64,000 nt of DNA from Hadesarchaea archaeon (GTDB lineage Archaea > Hadarchaeota > Hadarchaeia > Hadarchaeales > Hadarchaeaceae). The position numbers and the translations under genes are program-made. The notes below the pieces were generated by a model. The model did not search any database. It was not told the origin of the DNA and was given only the letters and a program-made list of their open reading frames with translations. The stretch covers positions 11,027-75,026 of the forward strand of contig JAUWBN010000001.1 of assembly GCA_030601675.1 (NCBI GenBank), given 5' to 3'. Position 1 is the stretch's first letter; each line of letters starts with the position of its first letter. This document shows, piece after piece, positions 37,585 to 46,128 of this stretch.

Positions 37585-39513
37585 TCAGTCCGCTTCGGCG
37601 AACTTGAAGGGAAGAACGTAACTTCCATATTTTTCCGCAGCTTCTTGGAGCCTGCGCTTTTGCTCTCCCAGCACCTCAAACAGAACCTTCGGTGTGTTCG
37701 GAACTTCGGTCTCATAAACCCTTATTATCCTCTCGATCTTCGACAGGTTTTCGGGGATCCTCAAGGTGAATTGTTTGACGTAGTCCTCCTCGGAGTAATC
37801 CTTGTCGAGCACTTCTTTGAACAGTCTTTTGAGATCCTCTAACTTGGGGATGTAGCCCGTGGGGGTTTTCACGGCCCGCACTTCCCCATGTGAGCGTAAC
37901 TCCATCCACTTGAGCCAGACCGCTTTATCCCTCTTGTCGTTCAGGAATTTCCCCGCTTGGTCCTTGAAGAAATAGTTCACCAAGAAAATAGGGGGTGGAC
38001 TTTTCAGCTTGGCACCGAAATCGAGGTTGTTCTGGATATACTCGCCTAAAGGTATGGAGAGAAAATCCAAGTTCGACATGGGATTGAACTTCCTAACGTC
38101 CACTTCCCCTAGGGTTGCAGGGGTGGTCTCCGACTCGAGTGCCGCGCCCTTTGTTACTATGCCGTGCACCCAGTCGAAAGCCTCCTCGACTGGCGGGGAG
38201 GTGTCCGAATCCCTTCCCCCGTAAATTATGCCGCCCACCACGACCCCCTCTGGGTCATCCCATTTTGGGTCGAGATTTTTAAGGAGTCTCAAATCGATCG
38301 TGAAGCGGGCGTTTCTGTGCGAGGGCGTTATCTCGTTGCCCTCCGCATCCTTTTTCCCATGTGTCCACTCCCCCGAGTGATTGAAGCCCTTCCGGGGGAT
38401 TTTCCCATCCTTCCCGATCCAGTAAACGCTCCCGTCCTCGGTAGCGAGCACGTTCGAAAAGATGATCTCGCCGGGGCCGTTGAGCACTTCCCATAAGATC
38501 GGTTCGTTTTTGGAGTTCACGTTCTTTATTATGCCAAATATCCCCTTCTCCACATTGACCGCATGTATCCGTTCGTTTTTTCTCCTGAGATACGCTATAT
38601 CGTCCCCTACGATGGTTTCCCCTTCTACCATCGAGGTCGAGGTTTTCCCACAGAGGCTCGGAAACGCCCCGGTGAAATAGGTCACCCTGCCCTTCGGTCC
38701 GTGCACCCCCATGACGAACATGTGCTCGGTGAGCCAGCCCTCTTCGGGGGCCCGTTTTATCGCGAGCCGCATCGCCAGTTTCTTGAGCCCTATGGTGTTG
38801 CCGCCGTACTGGGTGTTAACACTGTACACGATTTCCTCTTGTGTGTCGATGTATATTCTGCGCTTATCGACATCCAAACTCACCCCCTTTTGGAGCCTCC
38901 CTTCGCTGTGCACGAACCGGAAAAAACGCCCGTAATCCCCCAACCTCTTGAACTCCTCGTACCCCTTCCGGTAAAGGAGGATCTCGTTGTGAGCCACGTA
39001 ACTGGAATCGGTGAGCTGAACGCAGGGTATCGAAAATTCGGATTTGGTCGGTCCAAGGGAGAGGAATAGCATATATAGCTTATGACCCCGCATTATGTCC
39101 TTTAGAATGCCGTGAATCTCCTTGAGCCCCGCTTCCCTCTCCATCGTGTTCAGGTGGGGGCCTAAATCAACGCCCTTGGGGACGAGGATCTTAGTATGCT
39201 TCTTATCCCTGGCCTGGTCGTGATAGCCATCGAAATGAACCGTGTGGCCATTCGTGGCGAGTCTTCTCTCCTCCCCGGCTCTTATCGCCTCCTCCCTGAT
39301 GAAGCGGATATCCTCGGGTGAATCGGTGCAGATAAACACCCCATCGGGATTACAGAGTTCCACGTAATCGGCAATGAATTGGTGAAGTTTGGGATTGTTT
39401 ATCTTGATAAGTTTCTGATAATCTTCTTTCCCTAATCTGGTCTTGAGTATACTCATAGTTTTTGGTGGAACTTTACTGCTTTTTGATATCTTCCCGAACG
39501 AGCGGATCTCCAT
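37585..39513 (-). CDS. pckG: GTP-dependent phosphoenolpyruvate carboxykinase
   Basis: YGGNTIGLKK, WLTEHM, FPSLCGKT, GDDIA, HRNARF and GGRD. Start uncertain (39513 or downstream). Confidence 0.92.
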   Translation of the reverse strand: MEIRSFGKISKSSKVPPKTMSILKTRLGKEDYQKLIKINNPKLHQFIADYVELCNPDGVFICTDSPEDIRFIREEAIRAGEERRLATNGHTVHFDGYHDQARDKKHTKILVPKGVDLGPHLNTMEREAGLKEIHGILKDIMRGHKLYMLFLSLGPTKSEFSIPCVQLTDSSYVAHNEILLYRKGYEEFKRLGDYGRFFRFVHSEGRLQKGVSLDVDKRRIYIDTQEEIVYSVNTQYGGNTIGLKKLAMRLAIKRAPEEGWLTEHMFVMGVHGPKGRVTYFTGAFPSLCGKTSTSMVEGETIVGDDIAYLRRKNERIHAVNVEKGIFGIIKNVNSKNEPILWEVLNGPGEIIFSNVLATEDGSVYWIGKDGKIPRKGFNHSGEWTHGKKDAEGNEITPSHRNARFTIDLRLLKNLDPKWDDPEGVVVGGIIYGGRDSDTSPPVEEAFDWVHGIVTKGAALESETTPATLGEVDVRKFNPMSNLDFLSIPLGEYIQNNLDFGAKLKSPPPIFLVNYFFKDQAGKFLNDKRDKAVWLKWMELRSHGEVRAVKTPTGYIPKLEDLKRLFKEVLDKDYSEEDYVKQFTLRIPENLSKIERIIRVYETEVPNTPKVLFEVLGEQKRRLQEAAEKYGSYVLPFKFAEAD

Positions 39514-39560
39514 GTCCTCACATCCCAAAGTTAAAATAGTTAAGCTTTTAAGCATTTGTA

Positions 39561-39575
39561 TTAACAAAATGTTAA
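39561..39575. promoter_or_regulatory. Inverted repeat between divergent pckG and Lrp genes
   Basis: TTAACA-AAA-TGTTAA perfect 6-bp arms. Confidence 0.5.
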
Positions 39576-39585
39576 CAGCGATAAA

Positions 39586-40050
39586 ATGAGAAAACTAGAC
39601 AAAAAAATACTACTTCAACTCATTAGTAACTCCGACCAATCAATTTCAGAAATCGCAAAAAAAGTAGGTACTACGCGTCAAACTGTTGCGAAGAAAATCA
39701 AGCGGTACAAAGAGGCTGGTGTAGTGCGCTCGTTCGTGGCGAGGTTGAATCCGGAGAAATTTGGTTTTGGTACGAGAGCCTACGTCTTTCTGCGAGAAGA
39801 TCCCCGAAGTGAACTCAGACGCAAAAATGAAAAAACGATCAAAAAATTTCATCAAATATCAGGGTTCCACCGTCTCTTCGGAAAGTACAGCGCGATCCTA
39901 GAGGTTTGGACTAGAAACGGTAGGGAGCTGACTGCACTCGTCAAAAAAATTCATAAACTAAAAGGGGTAAGGGAAACGGAAACATTCATAATTCATAGCA
40001 CGGTGAAAGATCAGCCTGAGGAACCTTTTGTACAAGTTCTAAAATCCTAA
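39586..40050 (+). CDS. Lrp/AsnC family transcriptional regulator
   Basis: LDKKIL..L..NSDQSISEIAKKVGTTRQTV HTH plus a RAM domain ending GVRETET. Confidence 0.9.
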   Translation: MRKLDKKILLQLISNSDQSISEIAKKVGTTRQTVAKKIKRYKEAGVVRSFVARLNPEKFGFGTRAYVFLREDPRSELRRKNEKTIKKFHQISGFHRLFGKYSAILEVWTRNGRELTALVKKIHKLKGVRETETFIIHSTVKDQPEEPFVQVLKS

Positions 40051-40064
40051 ACAAATGCGCATGG

Positions 40065-41666
40065 TTAGCTCAGCCCCTTTACCATGTAGGGCCCCTCTCG
40101 CTCATAGCCGAATCGCCGGTAGTAGTTCCGTGTCCCTATACCTGAGAGCACGATGACTTTCCGCACGTCGAACTCCTCACGGGATATCCGCTCCGCCTCC
40201 TTCATTAAACGCTCACCCCAGCCTCGGTGTTGCCACTCATTCACTCCGGCCGCTTCGCCGACCTGCACGAGCGGGCCGTAGACGTGCAACTCCCGCACGA
40301 GCATCGAGCGAGCGACTTTGGCCTCGGGCCTGTGCGCCTTCGCGGAGGGCTCCCTCAACCTCAGGAGTCCGATCAGGATGTCGCGCTTCACGTCCTCAAA
40401 CGACAGGAAGAGCTCCTCACCCTCGGAGGCGCGATATCGCTCGACCACGAACTTTACGTCATCCGGGCTGGGCTCTAGCCCGAGCTTGTAGCGCACGTGC
40501 CCGACCTCACGACACCTTATGCACCGACAGCGCACGCCCTCTCTTCTCATTTTCTCCTGAATCAAAGCGCGTAGATCGCCTCGCTTGACACCCTCCGCTA
40601 TCAAATTAACCGGGATGTCTCGCTGGATGCGCTGAATTCTAACCCACCCTGGCACCCGCCGCTTCACCTCGGCGATGAGTTCTACAATTTGCTCGAAGGG
40701 ATATGGCTCGTACTCGCCCCGCAACCATAGTTCATGAAGCTTTGTGCCCGGCATGACGAGCGTCGGGTAAATCTTCAGGGCATCGGGTTTGAATCGCTCA
40801 TCCTCGAAGAGTGATTCGAACACCTCCAAGTCCCGCTTGTAGCTGGAGCCTGGCAAGTTGGGCATCACATGGTAGACCACGGCAAATCCAGCATCCCTCG
40901 CTATCCGCGTCGCCTCCGCAACATCCTCCACCGTGTGCCCCCGCTCGACGAGTTTGTAGATGTAATTGTGGGTCGTTTGTACACCAAGTTCAACTCGTGT
41001 GGCACCCAGTCTGAGCATGAGGTCAACGTGGGGTTCCCTACAATAGTCGGGGCGAGTCTCGAAGACGATATCGCTGTTGTGGATGGGTGTGGTTTCGGCG
41101 GCGCTTTGGGCCTCCTCAATCGTTCTCGCGTTTGCCCCAGAGATCGCATTCAAACACTGCACCACGAACCACTCGAGGTAATCCTGCGGGTAAGCGGTGA
41201 GGGTACCACCGAAAATTATCAGCTCAACCTTATCGACCTCATGCCCTATCGCGCGGAGTTGCTCGATTCGGCTTTTCACCTGCCTGTAGGGATTGTAATT
41301 GTGTTGAATTGCCCTCATCGCAGCAGGTTCATGACCGGTGTAGGACTGGGGCGTACCGGCTGTTGGACCTCCCGGGCAGTAGATACACGGCTCTTCCTTC
41401 GGGCAGGGGTAGGGCTTGGGCATCACCGTGATGACTGAGACACCTGAGATTGATCGCACGGGCTTCAGCCTGAGCAGCTGAACGACTTTATCCTTTTCCT
41501 CGGCTGTCGCGGCTGCTAGAAGCTCCGAATTGCTGAGCGGCCTCGATAGCTCAAACTCACGACAGGCTTGGATTTTAGCCCTGGCCAGCCCTCGGGTATC
41601 GACGATCTTGCCGCGCGAAATTTTTTGTAAGATATCATGACAAGCAGCCGACTGAACATCCACCAT
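40065..41666 (-). CDS. elp3: Elp3 tRNA wobble-uridine carboxymethylation enzyme (radical SAM + KAT)
   Basis: CPKEEPCIYCPGG, QSYTG.EP, ETRPD, RIQRDIP, RELHVYG, QHRGWG and SGIGTRNYY. Confidence 0.96.
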   Translation of the reverse strand: MVDVQSAACHDILQKISRGKIVDTRGLARAKIQACREFELSRPLSNSELLAAATAEEKDKVVQLLRLKPVRSISGVSVITVMPKPYPCPKEEPCIYCPGGPTAGTPQSYTGHEPAAMRAIQHNYNPYRQVKSRIEQLRAIGHEVDKVELIIFGGTLTAYPQDYLEWFVVQCLNAISGANARTIEEAQSAAETTPIHNSDIVFETRPDYCREPHVDLMLRLGATRVELGVQTTHNYIYKLVERGHTVEDVAEATRIARDAGFAVVYHVMPNLPGSSYKRDLEVFESLFEDERFKPDALKIYPTLVMPGTKLHELWLRGEYEPYPFEQIVELIAEVKRRVPGWVRIQRIQRDIPVNLIAEGVKRGDLRALIQEKMRREGVRCRCIRCREVGHVRYKLGLEPSPDDVKFVVERYRASEGEELFLSFEDVKRDILIGLLRLREPSAKAHRPEAKVARSMLVRELHVYGPLVQVGEAAGVNEWQHRGWGERLMKEAERISREEFDVRKVIVLSGIGTRNYYRRFGYEREGPYMVKGLS

Positions 41667-41718
41667 GTTTTCCCCTAAGTTAATTTGTGTTTAAGGTTAT
41701 TTTCTTAGTGGTGTGTGA

Positions 41719-43905
41719 GTGAAGGTCGAAGAGCTGTGTGAGAAGTACGGGCTGCCGAAGCAAGTCGCTACAACGCTGGAAAAATCGGGCATAACCACAC
41801 TTTACCCACCCCAAGTGGATGCGGTGAAAAAAGGTGCCCTCGATGGGAAAAATCTCGTGTTGGCAATCCCGACCGCGAGCGGCAAGACGCTCGTCGCCGA
41901 GTTCTGCATGCTCAAATCCGTGCTCGAGCGAGGAGGTAAATGCCTTTACATCGTCCCGCTTCGAGCGCTGGCGAGTGAGAAGTATGAGGAGTTCAGGGAG
42001 AAGTACGGGCCGCTTGGGGTGAAAGTTGGGATAAGTACCGGCGATTTCGATGTCGCTGACCCGAGGCTCGCTCGCTACGACATCCTCATCGCGACCTCCG
42101 AGAAAGTCGACTCCCTGCTCCGCCACCGCGCAAAATGGCTCGCCGACATCATCTCGGTTGTGGTGCTCGACGAAATCCACCTAATCGATGACCCCGGACG
42201 CGGGCCTACGCTCGAAGTTTTGACTGCCAGGCTCCGACAGGTCAACCCCGAGCTCCAGACACTCGCGCTCAGCGCAACCATAAAAAACGCGGATGAGATG
42301 GCAGAGTGGCTCGACGCGGAACTCGTCAAAAGCGAATGGCGTCCCGTCCCCCTGAAGAAGGGGGTGTACTATAGAGAAAAGATAAAGTTCGACGACGGGA
42401 GCAAGCGGGCGGTGGAAGTTGGAACCAAGGATGAGCTCGCGGCGCTCGCCATCGACACCGTGCGGGAGGGCGGGCAGGCGCTCGTTTTCGTCGGCACCCG
42501 CCGTTCGGCCCAAGCTGCGGCCGTGCTTGCAGCGAAACACGTGCGCGAGTTTCTTTCGGCCGAGGAACGGGAGGGGCTCGATATCGTTGGGAATAAGGTT
42601 GAAAAGGCGCTCGGGGAATCCACGCGAACATGCCGTCAACTAGCTGAATGCGTTAGACAGGGGGCGGCATTTCACCACGCCGGGCTCCACTACGCCCAGC
42701 GAAAAGCCGTCGAAGACGCGTTCAGGGGAAATTTAATAAAAGTGATATGTGCAACCCCGACGCTGGCCGCGGGTGTCAATCTTCCCTCGCGGCGGGCGAT
42801 CATCCGCGACTACCGCCGTTACGTAGAACCTTATGGGCTCCAGCTCATCCCCGTGCTAGAATTTCATCAAATGGCGGGAAGGGCAGGACGGCCGCAATAC
42901 GATAAATATGGCGAGGCCGTGCTTATCGCCAAGGGGAGGGGCGAGGTGGAAGCGCTGTTCGAGGAGTTCATTCGTGCCGAGCCCGAGCGGATAACCTCGA
43001 AGCTCGCGACCGAACCGGCTCTCCGAACCCACGTGCTCGCCTCGATCGCCGCAGGGTACGTTAGCGATGCCGATGGGATGATGGAGTTCATGGGGCAGAC
43101 CTTCTTCGCCCATCAATATGCTGTTAGCGATGTCGAGCGAGTCGTCGAGCGAGTGTTGGATTTCCTCGAGCGGGAGGGGATGATCCGCAGACAGGAAAAG
43201 CTGTTGCTCGCGACCCCCTTCGGAGAGCGCGTTTCCCGCCTCTACATCGATCCCCTATCGGCGGTCATCCTGCGCGACGGGATCAAGGGAATCGCCGCTC
43301 GAGAGCCGACAGCCCTCAGCCTACTCCACCTCGTCTGCCACACCCCTGACATGGGGCGGCTCTACCTGAGGCGGCACGATTACCCCGACCTCGAGACTTT
43401 CCTGATAGAGCATGCCGATGAACTCTTGACACCTATCCCAGACCAGCACGGCGAGCCCGACCGATACGAGTTCTTCCTCGCGGAGGTGAAGACGGCACAG
43501 ATGCTCCAAGCTTGGCTCGAGGAGGTGCGCGAGGACGACATCCACGAGCAGTTCGGCGTTGGGGCTGGAGACATCCGAAGGAACGTGGATACGGCTAGAT
43601 GGTTGCTCTACGCTGCCCACGATCTCGCAAGGCTCTTCAAAGCCAAACCCGCGCTCACCCCGCTCCGAAAGCTACGCGGGCGGATTCGCTACGGCGTCAA
43701 GGATGAACTGCTCGAGCTCGTGCAACTCGGGGGAATTGGGCGCGTGCGAGCGCGAAGCTTATTCAGGGCTGGGTATCAAAAGCTCGCGGACATCAAGCGG
43801 GCGGATGAAAAGGAGCTAGCGCGGGTGCCCTACATCGGCGCTGAGATCGCGCGAAACATCAAGCGGCAGGTCGAAGGGGGCGGCGAGTTAGCGACCGAGA
43901 TATAA
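41719..43905 (+). CDS. hel308: Hel308/Hjm SF2 DNA helicase
   Basis: PTASGKT, DEIH, LSAT, FHHAGL, QMAGRAGRP and C-terminal HhH (GIGRVRAR). Confidence 0.95.
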   Translation: MKVEELCEKYGLPKQVATTLEKSGITTLYPPQVDAVKKGALDGKNLVLAIPTASGKTLVAEFCMLKSVLERGGKCLYIVPLRALASEKYEEFREKYGPLGVKVGISTGDFDVADPRLARYDILIATSEKVDSLLRHRAKWLADIISVVVLDEIHLIDDPGRGPTLEVLTARLRQVNPELQTLALSATIKNADEMAEWLDAELVKSEWRPVPLKKGVYYREKIKFDDGSKRAVEVGTKDELAALAIDTVREGGQALVFVGTRRSAQAAAVLAAKHVREFLSAEEREGLDIVGNKVEKALGESTRTCRQLAECVRQGAAFHHAGLHYAQRKAVEDAFRGNLIKVICATPTLAAGVNLPSRRAIIRDYRRYVEPYGLQLIPVLEFHQMAGRAGRPQYDKYGEAVLIAKGRGEVEALFEEFIRAEPERITSKLATEPALRTHVLASIAAGYVSDADGMMEFMGQTFFAHQYAVSDVERVVERVLDFLEREGMIRRQEKLLLATPFGERVSRLYIDPLSAVILRDGIKGIAAREPTALSLLHLVCHTPDMGRLYLRRHDYPDLETFLIEHADELLTPIPDQHGEPDRYEFFLAEVKTAQMLQAWLEEVREDDIHEQFGVGAGDIRRNVDTARWLLYAAHDLARLFKAKPALTPLRKLRGRIRYGVKDELLELVQLGGIGRVRARSLFRAGYQKLADIKRADEKELARVPYIGAEIARNIKRQVEGGGELATEI

Positions 43906-43986
43906 ATGCGCTGAGTTTGAGAGGAGATTCAAATTACTCAATCAACCGCAAAGCTTTATTGCGCGCCAAAACTTGTCGATTAGGGG

Positions 43987-45342
43987 TTGAGGTTGCCCGT
44001 CCACCCAATCGAGGAGCGCTACGGTAGCCGCGAGATGCGCTCGATCTTTGAGCTCGAAGCCCGTTTTCAGCGGATGCTCGATGTCGAGGCGGTTCTCGCA
44101 AAAGCCCTCGCAAACGTGGGTATGATCCCAAATGCGGATGCGAGCAAAATTGCCCGAAGCGCATCAATCAAGCGCGTGGGGGTCGCACGGATTCGAGAAC
44201 TCGAGCGAGAGGTCCAACACGAGACGATGGCCCTCGTTCTGGCATTGGCCAAGATATCGGGCAAAGCTGGGCGATATGTGCACTTCGGCGCCACCAGCAA
44301 TGACATCCACGACACCGCCACAGCTCTGCAAATCCGCGATGGTTTGACGATAGTTGAACGTGACCTTCGAAAGCTGCTCGGGATAGTCCTCAAGCAGGCC
44401 GCCAAGTACAAAAACACGATCATGGTCGGGCGAACCCACGGGCAACACGCTGTGCCCACGACGCTTGGGCTGAAGTTCGCGATCTGGGCGTGCGAGCTCG
44501 GGCGGCACCTGGAACGACTCGAGCAAATCAAACCCCGTGTAATCGTCGGAAAAATGAGCGGGGCGGTCGGGGCCGGGGCCGCTTGGGGGGGCAAAGGTCC
44601 AAAAGTTCAAGAGCTAGTGATGCGGGAACTCAAGTTACCAGCTGCCACAGCCTCCAACCAAATCCTTCAGCGCGATCGCTTCGCCGAGCTTGTTTCATTT
44701 TTTGGGTTGCTCGGGAGCACCCTAGACAAAATCGCCCGCGAGATTCGAAACCTCCAGCGCACCGAGATCGGTGAGCTCGCGGAAGCATTTGCCGCACGAC
44801 AGATAGGGAGCAGCACCATGCCTCACAAGCGCAACCCAATCCGATGCGAGAAAATATGTGGGCTCGCTAGGGTGTTGCGTGCGAACGTGCAGGCTGGGCT
44901 CGAAAACATCGTCATCGAACACGAGCGGGACCTGACAAACTCTTCATGCGAACGTGTGCTTTTGCCCGAGTGCTTCCTACTGGCCGACGAAATGCTAAAG
45001 ACATCCCTCTACGTGCTCGACAACCTCCTTGTGTTCCCAAAACAAATGAAGCGCAATCTCGAACTGACCCGCGGGCTGAACATGGCCGAGGCGGTGATGA
45101 TCGAGCTCACCCGGCGAGGGATGAACCGTCAGGAAGCCCACGCCCTGCTGAGGAGGTGCAGCTCGACCTCGGTGCGCAACAACGTCCCGTTGGCCGCGGT
45201 GCTGTGCCGAGAGCGTAGGGTGACGCGATACATCCCGGAACGGGAAATTGAAAAACTAGTAGACCCGCGGAAATATCTCGGGAGCGCCACCGCAACCGTC
45301 GAGCGCGTGGTCAAGGAGCTCAGGCCCCTCGCAAGGAAGTAG
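43987..45342 (+). CDS. purB: Adenylosuccinate lyase
   Basis: HFGATSND, GRTHGQHA, GSSTMPHKRNP and HERDLTNS. Confidence 0.96.
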   Translation: MRLPVHPIEERYGSREMRSIFELEARFQRMLDVEAVLAKALANVGMIPNADASKIARSASIKRVGVARIRELEREVQHETMALVLALAKISGKAGRYVHFGATSNDIHDTATALQIRDGLTIVERDLRKLLGIVLKQAAKYKNTIMVGRTHGQHAVPTTLGLKFAIWACELGRHLERLEQIKPRVIVGKMSGAVGAGAAWGGKGPKVQELVMRELKLPAATASNQILQRDRFAELVSFFGLLGSTLDKIAREIRNLQRTEIGELAEAFAARQIGSSTMPHKRNPIRCEKICGLARVLRANVQAGLENIVIEHERDLTNSSCERVLLPECFLLADEMLKTSLYVLDNLLVFPKQMKRNLELTRGLNMAEAVMIELTRRGMNRQEAHALLRRCSSTSVRNNVPLAAVLCRERRVTRYIPEREIEKLVDPRKYLGSATATVERVVKELRPLARK

Positions 45343-45347
45343 GGGGC

Positions 45348-45863
45348 TCAACCGGCTCTTTTTATCGTCAGTTTTCTGAGCGCGAACCGGACAAATTTGC
45401 TGAGATCCTCGAGCACATCGGGGGGCAATGGTCCTTTCCCGATGCCATACTCGTCCAGATAGAGAACTCTCTTACCCTTCCTGCCGAAGTTTGATGGCTT
45501 TATATCGAGTACGTAACCTTTCTCACTTGCCTTTCCTATCAAGCTGAAGATCGCCCTCAGCGTCCGAATCGAATAGACGGGGAGGGGTCCCACGCACTCG
45601 TGGAAAGTGATTATCACCCGAGAGGGGGCGCTGCCATCCCTGACCTCGGCCAAAATCGTCCCGTAATATGCCGGCAGAAAGGTCAGCTCCCGCCTGATCT
45701 TCCGTTGGTGGGAATCCATCGCCGCCGCCCTTCTTTGCAGCTCCTCAATCCCCTTGCCACGGCCTTTCTCAATTTTAAGCGCAAGATTTCTAACTTTAAA
45801 CACCTGCCTGTAAATGCCCTTTCCAACCAATTTTGGCCTACCCCTAACACAACTCACTCGCAT
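45348..45863 (-). CDS. Small protein-kinase-like-fold protein
   Basis: GKGIYRQVF glycine loop, LALK lysine, DIKPSN catalytic loop and LDEYG metal-binding motif in 171 aa. Confidence 0.6.
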   Translation of the reverse strand: MRVSCVRGRPKLVGKGIYRQVFKVRNLALKIEKGRGKGIEELQRRAAAMDSHQRKIRRELTFLPAYYGTILAEVRDGSAPSRVIITFHECVGPLPVYSIRTLRAIFSLIGKASEKGYVLDIKPSNFGRKGKRVLYLDEYGIGKGPLPPDVLEDLSKFVRFALRKLTIKRAG

Positions 45864-45951
45864 GGGTGCACCCGTCAACAAACATTATTAACCCAATGCC
45901 TTAAAATCGGATAGCGCTCCAAGGCTATGGGGACCGAGCGAGGTGAAGGAA

Positions 45952-46127
45952 TTGTTGAAGAATGAGGCTGGAGTCGAGCCGACCGTAATGAAACCGAGGG
46001 CGCTGGGCTCGGCTTGGGCGCGGAGAGGCAATTCGTCAGGGCGGGTGAGGTGCGTTTGACCATGGCCGGCGGGGGGAACATTGCTGTGTCCGTGACCGTG
46101 AGGATTTTCGAGATCGCTGAAACCTAA
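45952..46127 (+). pseudogene. Possible decayed class III signal peptide (pilin-like) gene
   Basis: GAGGTGA SD then MLKNEAG|VEPTVMK. A second frame continues GAGLGLG...GGGNIAVSVTVRIF to a stop at 46127. Confidence 0.3.
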
Positions 46128-46128
46128 G

